Source of the DNA: Octopus vulgaris | Taxonomy: Eukaryota | DNA: 64,000 bases | Direction of reading: 5' to 3' | Assembly: GCA_951406725.2 (NCBI GenBank) | Contig: OX597815.1 | Coordinates: 41,788,001 to 41,852,000 of the forward strand | Part shown: positions 49,259 through 60,525 of the stretch, one piece after another | Position numbering within the stretch: position 1 is the stretch's first letter | Layout of the letters: each line of letters opens with the position of its first letter | Translations under genes and position numbers: made by a program | Notes under the pieces: model-generated | Database searches by the model: none | Seen by the model: the letters and a program-made list of their open reading frames with translations, nothing else | Told to the model about the DNA's origin: nothing

Positions 49259-51165
49259 TATACATGTATATTAAATATATATACATAGATATAAACTTAC
49301 ATGTGTGTGTGTATGTAAGCAGCACACACACTCTCTCTCTCTCTCTCTCACACACACACATACAAAAATTTAAAAATCTAGGTAGACATTAGCAATACAA
49401 TGGTATTTGTAACCAGAAATTAAATAGCAGATAGATTTAGTTGTAAATTACTAAGTAGCTGTAACCAGACTGTCTTTTTTTGACCAGAAATAAGCCTTGA
49501 CATTGCTGGTTACATCTACTGAGTAAACTGAACAGTAAAGCAAGTCAACCAAAGTGAGTCAGTTTTCAAGTTTTTTTTTTTTTTAAATCAGACATAACTC
49601 TTTTATATTTTACTTGTTTCAATCATTGGACTGTGGCAATGGTGAGGCACTGCCTTGAAGGGTTTAGTGGAACAAGTCACACCCACACCCAGTACTTATT
49701 TTCTTTAAAACCTAATACTTATTTCTATTGGTCTCTTTTACCAAACCACTAAGTTATGGAAATGCAAACAAACCAAGTAGTGGTAGGGGGAAGGTGCAAG
49801 CATGAAGATGCATGCACACACACATACACACACACATTTTATTAATATTGGGCTGTCCGGAAAGTTAGTGCTGATTTTTAAAGGAAAAAAAGATCAATAA
49901 ATATTGATGTTATAAACATTATTTAGCTTCTGATTAGCTCTGGTTGAGCAGCCCCAAGTTCAGCTCAGTTGTAATCAGGATCATCCTGTTTCATTGTTTT
50001 TAGACATTATACATCTAGGATTAAATTTTTCAAAAGATAGTAATGTATAATTTGAAGATTTGGCTGCTCTTTCTAATTGTTTTAGCAAATGTATAGATTC
50101 ACTCATTACCTCGCAGTTGTTAGTGATGTTGTTGTTATCATGGTTTATCTCTTATCCTGTCAAGTCAACTCTGGTTGAGCAGACTTATGATCAAAAGCAT
50201 TTCAGTTGTGATTATATTATCTTTGAAGGAGTACTATCCATCACATCTATCCTTTTCAATTGGGTGTTATGTGAGGATTTAGTTGCTCTCTCTAGCATGT
50301 AGAGTGTCCACAAAGAGGCTCCCTTATTGCTGTCATTGTTGTTTCATTCCAAGTTAACCTGATCAAGCAGACCTGTGACCAAAGACAATTTGATCTGTTT
50401 TTCTGCTCAAATATATCTAGGACTACATTATGTAGAGTTTCCTAGTTTAAGAAAAATAAAAGTATGTCTCCCTAGCTTTGCGGGCTTTATGCAGATTGGA
50501 TTATAACACCCATAAATTGGCAAGATGTAAAATATCTGTCTACATTTGGTTAGGACATTGACCTTCCTTAGGTGATATTACCACTGTATCTATTAGCCTA
50601 TTCCCAACATTTATATAAACTAAGAAATAGAGAATTAAATATAATTGAGCTAAAAAAAACAAAAAAAAAACAGACAATGTATTTGACCTCAAAACCTTTA
50701 AGCTAGTAATCCAGAACTATATATCCACTCTGCTATATCACTTTTACTAACCAGGGGTCATGTAAGTACTGACAAAAACAAACAAAATATACTACACTTG
50801 AAGATTTTGAAGCACATTTTCATGCATATACATGCTCTTTTTTCTGATGTTTACAGATATGGTGTTTATACTTTTCCTATGTAAACATAAAAAAGCTTGA
50901 TATATGCTTGTGGTGGAAATGTCAAGTGTTTGATGTGTTTGTGTGCAGGGTATCTAGGATTATAAACCAGGATTAACCAATATTAACCAGTATAATAACT
51001 TCAGTGTGTATGAGTGTGACAAGAGATATTAGAATTACCTCAATTTGTCATTCTGTCCTATATAGGAGTGCTTAGTGTCAATAAGTTTTACTTTGAAAGA
51101 AAAAAGAAAAGCACTAAGCATGATAAACATAGAGAAAAGAATATCTTAGTTAAAGTCTTAAGGTA

Positions 51166-51561
51166 TACTCTTTTACTCCTTTACTTGTTTCAGTCATTTG
51201 ACTGCGGCCATGCTGGAGCACCGCCTTTAGTCGAGCAAATCGACCCCGGGACTTATTCTTTGTAAGCCCAGTACTTATTCTATAGGTCTCTTTTGCCGAA
51301 CCGCTAAGTGACGGGGACGTAAACACACCAGCATCAGTTGTCAAGCAATGCTAGGGGGACAAACACAGACACACAAACACATACACACATACATATATAT
51401 ATACGACAGGCTTCTTTCAGTTTCCGTCTACCAAATCCACTCACAAGGCATTGGTCAGCCCGGGGCTATAGCAGAAGACACTTGCCCAAGATGCCACGCA
51501 GTGGAACTGAACCCGGAACCATGTGGTTGGTTAGCAAGCTACTTACCACACAGCCACTCCT
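51166..51561 (-). mobile_element. SINE family A, near-consensus (young) copy
   Basis: Full-length copy with CpGs retained. Confidence 0.9.
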
Positions 51562-52413
51562 TAATAACAGTTTTTAAAAAACCCTGCAATGGTTAAAATT
51601 TAGTAATGAAAAATCACAGTTAATCATATTTATTCATGAAAAGTAAAGGGAATTAAATATGCTGTTACATATGGTTGGATGGATATATTAAATTCCCCAT
51701 CATTAATGGTTGACCCCTCCTGGGTTCACTTTTGAGGCCTTGGGATATGCATCCTTTATGCCCCCACCCCATGCCTCCCAAAACAAGTTACAAGCTTGTA
51801 TCTCAAGTCAAGACACCTTAAATAGCTAACACCGAATACAACTGACTGTTGTAAATAGCAATAGAAGTAATAAAATTTATGAGTGGTTTTATCAGCTTGC
51901 ATTACTGGATTGAACTCCTGCAGAGGTTCTACCAGTTATCAAGTTGAATGGAGACAGATGAGTTCTGCTAGCTTGTACAAATACTGCAGTGGCACTTCTC
52001 CAATTCAGTAGGTTGTGGGACTCACCTTACCATCCAAGAAAAATGTTACTGAAATTCAAAAGTTAATGTATACATTAATGAATCTAAAAGGAAAAACATT
52101 TCCTTATTCCTGTGTTCTTTCAACTAATTATTTTATAGCAAATGTATGAAATATCTTGCACTACTGTGATAAGAGTCAAACATCAAATGTTAACATAGCT
52201 TGACTTGCCTTAATCAACAGTATTTATCAATCATTGATTTTCATAACTAGATTGAGTTCTGAAGTATATATTTTTCCAAATATATTAGTAATGTATGTTA
52301 ATATAAAATGGTCCTGACTATAAATTAGACCCAGAGCATACAAGTGATTTGCTAAGAAGTTTTAGCCAGACCATAAATATACATTTATGTATATATATAC
52401 ACACATATATAAA

Positions 52414-52715
52414 CGCAATGGCCCAGTGGTTAGGGCAGTGTACTCGCAGTCGGAGGATCGTGGTTTCGCTTCCCAGACCGGGTGTTGTGTGTGTTTATTG
52501 AGCGAAAACACCTAAAAGCTCCACAAAGCTCCGGCAGGGGGTGGTGGCAACCCCTGTTGTACTCTTTCGCCCCAACTTTCTCTCACTCTCTCTTCCTGTT
52601 TCTTGAGTAACAGTGCGATGGACTGGCATCCTGTCCAGCTGGGGGAACACATACGCCACAGAAACTGGGAAACCGGGCCCATGAGCCTGGCTAGGCTTGA
52701 AAAGGGTGACGTTTA
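52414..52715 (+). mobile_element. SINE family C with tail type 1
   Basis: cgcaatggcccagtggttagggcag...ggtttcgcttcccagacc...gactggcatcctgtccagctggggg. Confidence 0.85.
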
Positions 52716-52854
52716 TTGTTATACACTCATAAAGTAAATGTGGAAATCTCATTGCTGAGGGTTTAGTTCTGTTGTGAATTGGCTTGACAATGTAAAAACA
52801 TCATTATTCACTCAGAATTGATAACCAAGAGCTTAACATTAACAACATGTGTCT

Positions 52855-53248
52855 TTTATCTTTTACTTGTTTCAGTCATTTGACTACAGCTTTAAGGTTT
52901 TTTTTTTAGTTGAACAAATCGACCCCCAGGAATTATTTTTTAAAGCCTAGTACTTATTCTATTGGTCTCTTTTGCTGAACTGCTAAGTTAGGGGACATAA
53001 ACACACTAACACTGATTGCTAAGCAGTGGCGGGGGGAAAACAAAGACATATGCACAAAGATATATAGACACACACACACACACACACGACAGGCTTCCTT
53101 GAGTTTCCATTAACCAAATCTTCTGACAAAGCTGTGGTCAGTCTGAGGATATGGTAAAAGACACCTGCTCAAGGCACCATGCAGTGAGACTGAACCCAAA
53201 ATCTTGTGGTTGGAAAGCAAGCTTTTTACTACACAGCCACACCTGCAT
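52855..53248 (-). mobile_element. SINE family A
   Basis: Family A tail, (CA)n and head on the minus strand. Confidence 0.8.
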
Positions 53249-53844
53249 CTATATACTGAAGGATTATACAGGGTCTTGAATTCCATAATTTGGCGGCTAC
53301 TGAGAGTGTCAAAAATAGCTTTATAAAACCAACTGAAGTCATGAGCAAAAGTGTTATAGTAAAATCTGAAAGGCTGGAAAATCAATAAAATGTTTAAGTT
53401 CAAGTGGATGTCCATCAAAGTTGTTCTTAGCCAACATCTTTTTTTATAAGATTCCTTAAGAAAATTATTTAAGAATTCAGAACAAGTTGCTCCAAGGTAG
53501 TTTTATGCAATAATAACCTGGTCCTTATTGCTGCTATTAAAGGGGGGAAATGTCTGAAAGGAGAGTAGTTTAGAAACAATACAATTATAGCAAAAATTGA
53601 AGCAAAAACATTGTACAGAAAATAAAAGACCAATGCAATTTTAGAAGTAGGCTTACCCAATAAGTTGAAGGGAGTAGATCAAATTCAATTTTATACACTC
53701 AAAACTTAAGGTGCCATTAACAATGCAGTCTTTCCTTTATTGATATTTATTTTGGAATAGTTATCTTGGACTATATAATCCAATTTGATTTTTTTAATGA
53801 TTAATGACAGGGTGTAATTTGAGACAGTAGTAGTGGTAGTGGTG

Positions 53845-53877
<33 letters not shown>

Positions 53878-54427
53878 ATAGTAGTAGTTGTAGTAGTAGT
53901 AGTATCAGCAGTAGCCGTAGAAAAAAAAGTTTCTCAAAAGTTGGACCAAAAGCAAATGAGTGGCAGTATTTTTTTGTAATAGTAGTTTAAAACACAAAGC
54001 TGTTTAAAATAACAGATGTTATAACTACAATAGAAACTGAAAAATCTAACCAACTATCACTACTACTATTTTCTTGATTTGCTGTCATGTATTATGATAC
54101 TTTTCAACCTAAAACATGAATCATTTTAACAGATCAATATCTGAACTAGAAATTTAAACAATGACATATCCACTTCTCGAAACGTGACTAGGTATATATC
54201 AGATGTCAAAATTTGTTGTTAATGTTGTTATTGTTGTTACTGGTGAGCTGGCAGAATTGTTACTGCCAGCATTTTATTTGTCTATATGTTCTGAATTCAA
54301 ATTACACCATGGTCAACTTTCCCTTCCATCCTCTTGGGGGTCACGTACCATTTGAACACTGGAGTTGATGTAATCGACTTATGCCCTCGCTTGAAATTGC
54401 TGGCCTTGTGTCAAAATTTGAAACCAT

Positions 54428-54487
<60 letters not shown>

Positions 54488-54581
54488 CACTACTACTACT
54501 ACACCGGGTGAAATGCTAAGCAGTATTTCATCTGCTACTATGTTCTGAGTTCAAATTCTATCGAGGTTCACTTTGCCTTTC

Positions 54582-54997
54582 AGATCTTTTCGGTTTGAAC
54601 GGCAGTTTTTCTAGCGGTATCATATGAAATTGTCACCCATAATTATGACCCTAGTATCGATCTATTGCATTTCAATCTATTTTAGGGTTAGGGTTATGGG
54701 TGGGCGGAAGGGTATCTTTTTTTTCTTCACAAATGTAAATAAACCCAATCTGTTTCTTAAATGAGGGACATATTCATACGGCACAGAATGTTGTTTACCT
54801 CAATGGACGTCAGTGATTGGTTGAAATTGCAGAAATTGAAGATAAAAACAACAAATATCTTACAAACTATAGAATTTTCTCAATAAAGCCAAGAGAAAAA
54901 GATGTTTTATAAACACATTCTACCAGTATACGAAGTTTAAAACTTTTTAGTTACCTAGAAATTATGTTAAAAACTGCCGTTCAAACCGAAAAGATCC
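54582..54997. mobile_element. MITE with ~29-bp TIRs and 8-bp TSD (Merlin- or hAT-like), inserted in a family B SINE
   Basis: agatcttttcggtttgaacggcagttttt ... aaaaactgccgttcaaaccgaaaagatcc; TSD tgcctttc at 54574-54581 and 54998-55005; internal ttagggttagggtta. Confidence 0.88.
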
Positions 54998-55106
54998 TGC
55001 CTTTCATCCTTTAGGGATTGATAAATTAAGTACCAGTGAAATACTGGAGTAGTTGTAATCGACTCATCCCTTCCCCCAAAATGGCTGCCCTCGTAAAATT
55101 TGAAAC

Positions 55107-55140
<34 letters not shown>

Positions 55141-55513
55141 GAGGTGAGCTGGCAGAATCGTTAAGCATAATGGGCAAAATGCATAGCAACATTTTGCCTG
55201 TCTCTGAGTTCAGATTATGTTAAGATCAACATTGCCTTTGATCCTTAAGTACCAGTGAAACACTGATGTCGATGTAGTCAACTAGTCCCCTCCCCCAATT
55301 TCAGACCTTGTACCTATAGTAGAGATTATTATTATTATAAAGGCGGTGAGCTGGCAGAATCGCTAGCACACCACTATGTTCTGAGTTCAATTTTGCCAAG
55401 GTTGACTTTGCCTTTCATCCTTTCGGGGTCAATAAATTAAGTACCAGTGAAACACTGGGGTTCATGTAATCAACTACCCCAAAATTTCAGGCTTCATGCC
55501 TATAGTAGAAAGG

Positions 55514-55548
<35 letters not shown>

Positions 55549-56442
55549 GAAGGTGGTGAGCTGGCAGAATTATTAGCATGCCAAGCAAAATGTTTAGCGC
55601 TTCTGTCTATGTTTTAAGTTCAACTTCCGCCAAGGTCAGCTTTGCTTTTCATCCTTTCAGGGTCAATAAAATAAGTACCATTTATTGAAATGGAGTTGAT
55701 ATAGTCAACTAATCCTTCCCTGAAACAGCTGGCTATATGCCAAAATTTGAAATTATCATTATTAAGGCAGCAAGCTGGTAGAATTGATAACACATCAGAT
55801 AAAATACTTCGTGGCTATTTTGTCTGCTTTTATAATCTGAGTTCAAACTCCACCCAGGTCAACTACCGTTTATTCTTTTGGAGTTGATGAAATATGTACC
55901 AATTGTCAAATGACTAGCTCCCTCCCCACAGATGTCAGGCCTTATGCCTATTGTAGAAATAGCTATTAAAAACGTGGTAAGTTGGCAGAACCTATAGCAC
56001 ATCAGGCAAAATGCTTGGCAGCATTTTGTCTGTCACTACATCGCGAGTTCAAATTCTATTGAGGTCAACTTTGCCTTTCGACCTTTCAGGGTCAATGAAA
56101 TAAGTACCAGTTAAGCACTGGGCTTGATGTAATCGACCAGCTTTCTCCCCCAAATTACTGGGTCTTGTACCAATAGGAGAAAGGATTATTATTATTATTA
56201 TTATTATTATTAAGGTGGCAAGATGGCAGGATCGTTAGCACACTGGACGAAATGTTTGGTGGTAATTTGCCTGTTACTCCATTCTGAGTTCAAATTCTGC
56301 CGAGGTAGACTTTGCCTTTCATCTTTTCAGGATCAATAAGTTAAAGTACCAGTTGAACACTGGGGGCGATGTAATCAACTCATTCCCTTCCCCAAAACTG
56401 CTGCACTCGCAGCAAAATTTGAAACCATTATTATTATTATCA

Positions 56443-56478
<36 letters not shown>

Positions 56479-56482
56479 GTAT

Positions 56483-56864
56483 GTGGAGGCGCAATGGCCC
56501 AGTGGTTAGGGCAGCGGAATCGCGGTCATAGGATCGCGGTTTCGATTCCCAGACCAGGCGTTGTGAGTGTTTATTGAGCGAAAACACCTAAAGCTCCACG
56601 AGGCTCCGGCAGGAGATGGTGGTGATCCCTGCTGTACTCTTTCACCACAACTTTCTCTCACTCTTACTTCCTGTTTCTGTTGTACCTGTATTTCAAAGGG
56701 CCGGCCTTGTCACTCTGTGTCACGCTGAATATCCCCGAGAACTACGTTAAGGGTACACGTGTCTGTGGAGTGCTCAGCCACTTACACGTTAATTTCACGA
56801 GCAGGCTGTTCCGTTGATTCGGATCAACCGGAACCCTCGTCGTCGTAACCGACGGAGTGCTTCC
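56483..56864 (+). mobile_element. SINE family C with tail type 2, inserted in (AGT)n
   Basis: tggaggcgcaatggcccagtggttagggcagcgg...cacgagcaggctgttccgttg...gtaaccgacggagtgc. Confidence 0.9.
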
Positions 56865-57380
56865 TTTAATTAGTAGTAGTAGTAGTAGTAGTAATAATAA
56901 GGTAGTGTACTGGCCAAACCATTACTGCATTGAACAAAATGCTTAGCAGAAATTCTTCCAGCTCATTTACATTCTGGACTAATGTGCTACTGAGGTTAAC
57001 ATTGCCTTTCATCCTTTTGGGATCAATAAAGTAAATACCAGCTGAGCACTGTGGTTTAATTAATCAGGTAGCCCCCCCCCTCATCCAAAATTTCAGGTCT
57101 TGTGCATATAACAGAATAGATTATTATTATTATTATTATTAAGGCAGTGAGCTGGCAGAATTGTTAGCATGCCAGGGGAAATGCTTAGCAGTATTTCGTC
57201 TGTTGCTACATTCTGAGTTCAAATTCTGCTGAGGTCAACTTTTGCTTTTCATCCTTTTGGGGTCGATAAATTAAGTACCAGTCAAGTACTGGGGTCAATG
57301 TGATCCATTGTCCCCCTCCCCACAAAAATCCAGGCCTTGTACCTATAGCAGCAAGGCTTATTATTATTATTATTATTATT

Positions 57381-57912
57381 GAGTGAGAGAGCAGTGCATA
57401 CCATCAAAGTGACACTGGAGTAAAATATACAAAGCCCAGTATACCCATCATGACTACCTGTCTGATAAGGGTACAGCAGACACATGCATCACAACCATAT
57501 GTGCATGACATGATGATCTCATATCAAGATAAACAGTGTATGACTTTGCAGGTCGGGCCCAGTTAGAATTTTCTTCTGGTCAAGTAGCCCATCCCACTCA
57601 AAATGTCCCTGAATAAGAATTAAGGATGTTGAACGAATCACCCATGTTTCCAAAGGTGAATTATCCAAACCTCTAAGAATTCCTTTCAACACACGGCTAT
57701 GATGCTCGTGATCAGAGATGTACATATCGTCAGCCACTAAGGGACATGCTCAACTGGTTAAGGCCAAGCAACTGACAAGCAAATCTGGTATTGAGCAGAA
57801 TATTTACTGTAGCCCATGTATACCAAGACAAAACAATGTACATGATAACACTTCCAATCAGTTAAGATCAGCAGCCATGAGAGCCACTGTCTGGTACTGC
57901 ATCAGAGCATTT
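57381..57912 (+). mobile_element. Unclassified ~530-bp element (X) flanked by (ATT)n
   Basis: Inverted second copy at 58481-58978; no tRNA boxes, TIRs or convincing ORF seen. Confidence 0.65.
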
Positions 57913-57913
57913 A

Positions 57914-57951
<38 letters not shown>

Positions 57952-58480
57952 GTTACTCAATCTCATTATGTTTCCTTGAAGCTAAAAATGAAAACATTGA
58001 CAATAATAAAAGGCTATTAATTTTGGTGATATATAATGAAACAATGAAAACAATGACTAGAATTATTCAAATGCAAACCTTAAAAAGCAAGTATGTATAA
58101 AAAAAACAAACCGTCAAATACTATATTTAAAACAACTTGTTCGCAGTAGGTAGTTTGTATTCGTGAGCTATTAAGCCATTTGTTAATCAAATAAGTTTAC
58201 CATCTGTTACCAAATATATCACAGATGTTTATGAGCAGGAACAAGAGTTCATAAACTGAATGATATATTTGAAAGTTAAAGTTTTTTAAATTAAAAAAAA
58301 AAATTAAATAATAATAATAATAATAATAATAATCATCTTTTCTTGCACAAGGCTTGAAATTTAGAGGAAGGAGCTAGTTGATTACATTCACCCCAACCGG
58401 TACTTATTTTATCGACCCTGAAAGGATGAAAGGTAAAGTTGACCTTGACAGAATTTAAACCCAGAACATAAAGAAAATGG

Positions 58481-58978
58481 TTGGAAGTGTTATCGTGAAC
58501 ATGTTTTATCTTGGTATAAAAGATGGGCTACAGCAAATATTCTGCTCAATATCACAGATTTGCTTGTCAGTTTTTTGACTTAAACTGCTTGAGCATGTTC
58601 CTTAGTGGCTGATGATATGTGCATCTCTGATCAAGAGGAGAGGTAGTGGGGGAGCATCGTAGCCATGTGTTGAGAGGAATTCATTGGAATTTGAATAATT
58701 CACCTCTGGAAACAGGTATTTTGTTCAACACCTTTAAACAACCCTTATTTAAGGACCTTTTGAATGGGATGGGCTACTCAACCAGAAGAAAATTCTAACT
58801 GGGCTCCACCTGCAAGGTCATGCATTGTTTAACTTGATATAAGACCACCATGTTGTACACATGATTGTGATTTATGTACCTGGTGTAACCTTATTAGACA
58901 AGTAGTCATAATGGGTATATTGGGTTTCATATAGTGTACCCCAGTGTCACTTTGATGGCATGCGCTGCTCTCTCAATC
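58481..58978 (-). mobile_element. Element X, inverted and 3'-truncated copy
   Basis: Reverse complement begins gattgagagagcagcgcatgccatcaaagtgacactgg, colinear with 57381-57857. Confidence 0.7.
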
Positions 58979-58997
58979 AATAATAATGATGATAATC

Positions 58998-59428
58998 ATT
59001 TCTACTAAAGGCACAAGGCCTGAAATTTGGAGGGAGGGGACTAGTCGATTACATTAACCCCCAGTGTTTCACTGGTACTTAATTTATCAACCCCAAAAGG
59101 ATGAAAGGCAAAGTCAACCTCGGTGGAATTTGAACTTGGAATGTAGCAGCAAACAAAATACCACTAAGCATTTCATCCAGCATGCTAACAATTCTGCCAG
59201 CTCGCCGCCTTAATAATAATAATAATAATAATAAACCTTTCTACTATAGGCATAAGGCCCGAAATTTTGGGGGAGTGGGTAAATCAATTACATCGATTCC
59301 AATACTCAACTGGTACTTATTTTACTAACCCTAAAAGGATGAAAGGCAAAGTCAACCTCATCGGAATTTGAACTCTGAACAGACAAAATGCCACTAAGCA
59401 TTTTGCCCGGCATGCTAACAATTCTGCC

Positions 59429-59430
<2 letters not shown>
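58998..59430 (-). repeat. Two antisense family B SINEs separated by (TAA)n (a third, partial copy at ~58335-58470)
   Basis: ttctgccagctcgccgcctt heads, each followed by taataataa. Confidence 0.85.
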
Positions 59431-59462
<32 letters not shown>

Positions 59463-59494
59463 AAACTGCAGAGTATGAGGGTGAAAATGGTACT

Positions 59495-59610
59495 ACTAGT
59501 ACATTATTTATATTTGACAGATATTTGTGCTCATCTTGTTTGTTGTTATCACAATGTTTCAGCTGATATACCCTCCAGCCTTCATCAGGTCTCTTGGGGA
59601 AATTTCCAAA
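59495..59610 (-). ncRNA. Penelope pLTR with canonical-core hammerhead ribozyme motif
   Basis: Minus: gac CTGATGA a ggctg-gagggtatat-cagct GAAA cattgt at ~59551-59592. Confidence 0.65.
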
Positions 59611-59639
59611 TTTCCATACAGTGTAAAGAGAGAGATTGC

Positions 59640-60105
59640 TCAGTACCTAAAACATTGAGCAAAGAATATAAGTAGCAATCATGATACCCACCAGAAAGAA
59701 ATGATCAACCTAAGTAACAATCTATTAAGTAACAACTACCCCAAAAACATAATATCCACTCCAATTATGAAGAAAAGAGAGGATGAAACCAATAAACTGT
59801 CCACAGTCTTTCTACCTTATGTGAAAAGCCTCTCCGAAAAGATACAAAAGATATGCACCCCATATGACATCAGGATGGTATTCAAAAGTAATACAATACT
59901 TCGCAAATATCTCCTTTGAGTAAAACCACCGATAGAGGAGAATATTACCAAAGACTGCGTGTACTCCATCCCATGCAGCTGTGGTAGGTTATACAAAGGC
60001 GAAACATGGCGCCTCCTCAAAATAAGGGTAGATGAACATCGCAAAGCTGTGACACAAGGAGATATTGATAAATTGGGTATAACTGATCATGTATGGATCA
60101 TGTAT
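59640..60105 (+). pseudogene. Penelope-like element GIY-YIG endonuclease region fragment
   Basis: LPYVKSLSEKIQKI....DIRMVFK...L...VYSIPCSCGRLYKGET.R.LKIRVDEH..AV....I.DHVW. Confidence 0.88.
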
Positions 60106-60186
60106 TATTATTTTCTGAAACAAAGATTATACAGAGTTAGCAAAAAATGCAGCAATGACACAAAAAAGGTATGTTCTCAAATACCT

Positions 60187-60410
60187 ATTTCTTTACTACC
60201 CACAAGGGGCTAAATAAACACAGAGGGGACAAACAAGGACAGACAAACGGATTAAGTCGATTATATCGACCCCAGTGCGTAACTGGTACTTATTTAATCG
60301 ACCCCCGAAAGGATGAAAGGCAAAGTTGACCTCGGCGGAATTTGAACTTAAACGTAACGGCAGACGAAATACCACTAATTTCGCCCGATGTGCTAACGTT
60401 TCTGCCAGCT
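60187..60410 (-). mobile_element. SINE family B with ~11-bp TSD
   Basis: ctcaaatacct on both sides (60176-60186 and 60411-60421). Confidence 0.88.
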
Positions 60411-60493
60411 CTCAAATACCTTACGCAGCCTCTGTGTGTGTGTGTGTGTGTATATATATATTGGAAGTTATGGGAGCAACTGTCTTTGAATGC

Positions 60494-60525
<32 letters not shown>

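Larger units (their letters stand above)
54241..57360 (+). repeat. Cluster of ~10 head-to-tail family B SINEs, mostly separated by (ATT)n/(ACT)n/(AGT)n
   Basis: Copies start near 54241, 54505, 55141, 55340, 55550, 55765, 55975, 56212, 56900 and 57141. Confidence 0.9.

Noticed and set aside
52025-52050. Possible micro-exon (ttttgaatttcag|...gtaag|gtgagt on minus)
   Set aside because: Too short to distinguish from chance splice-like motifs without RNA data
54681-54700. Telomeric repeat / chromosome-fusion relic
   Set aside because: Only 2-3 units, internal to a MITE
54241-59430. CRISPR-like repeat/spacer appearance
   Set aside because: Units are ~200-bp diverged SINEs separated by microsatellites; no fixed-length repeats or cas genes; eukaryotic context
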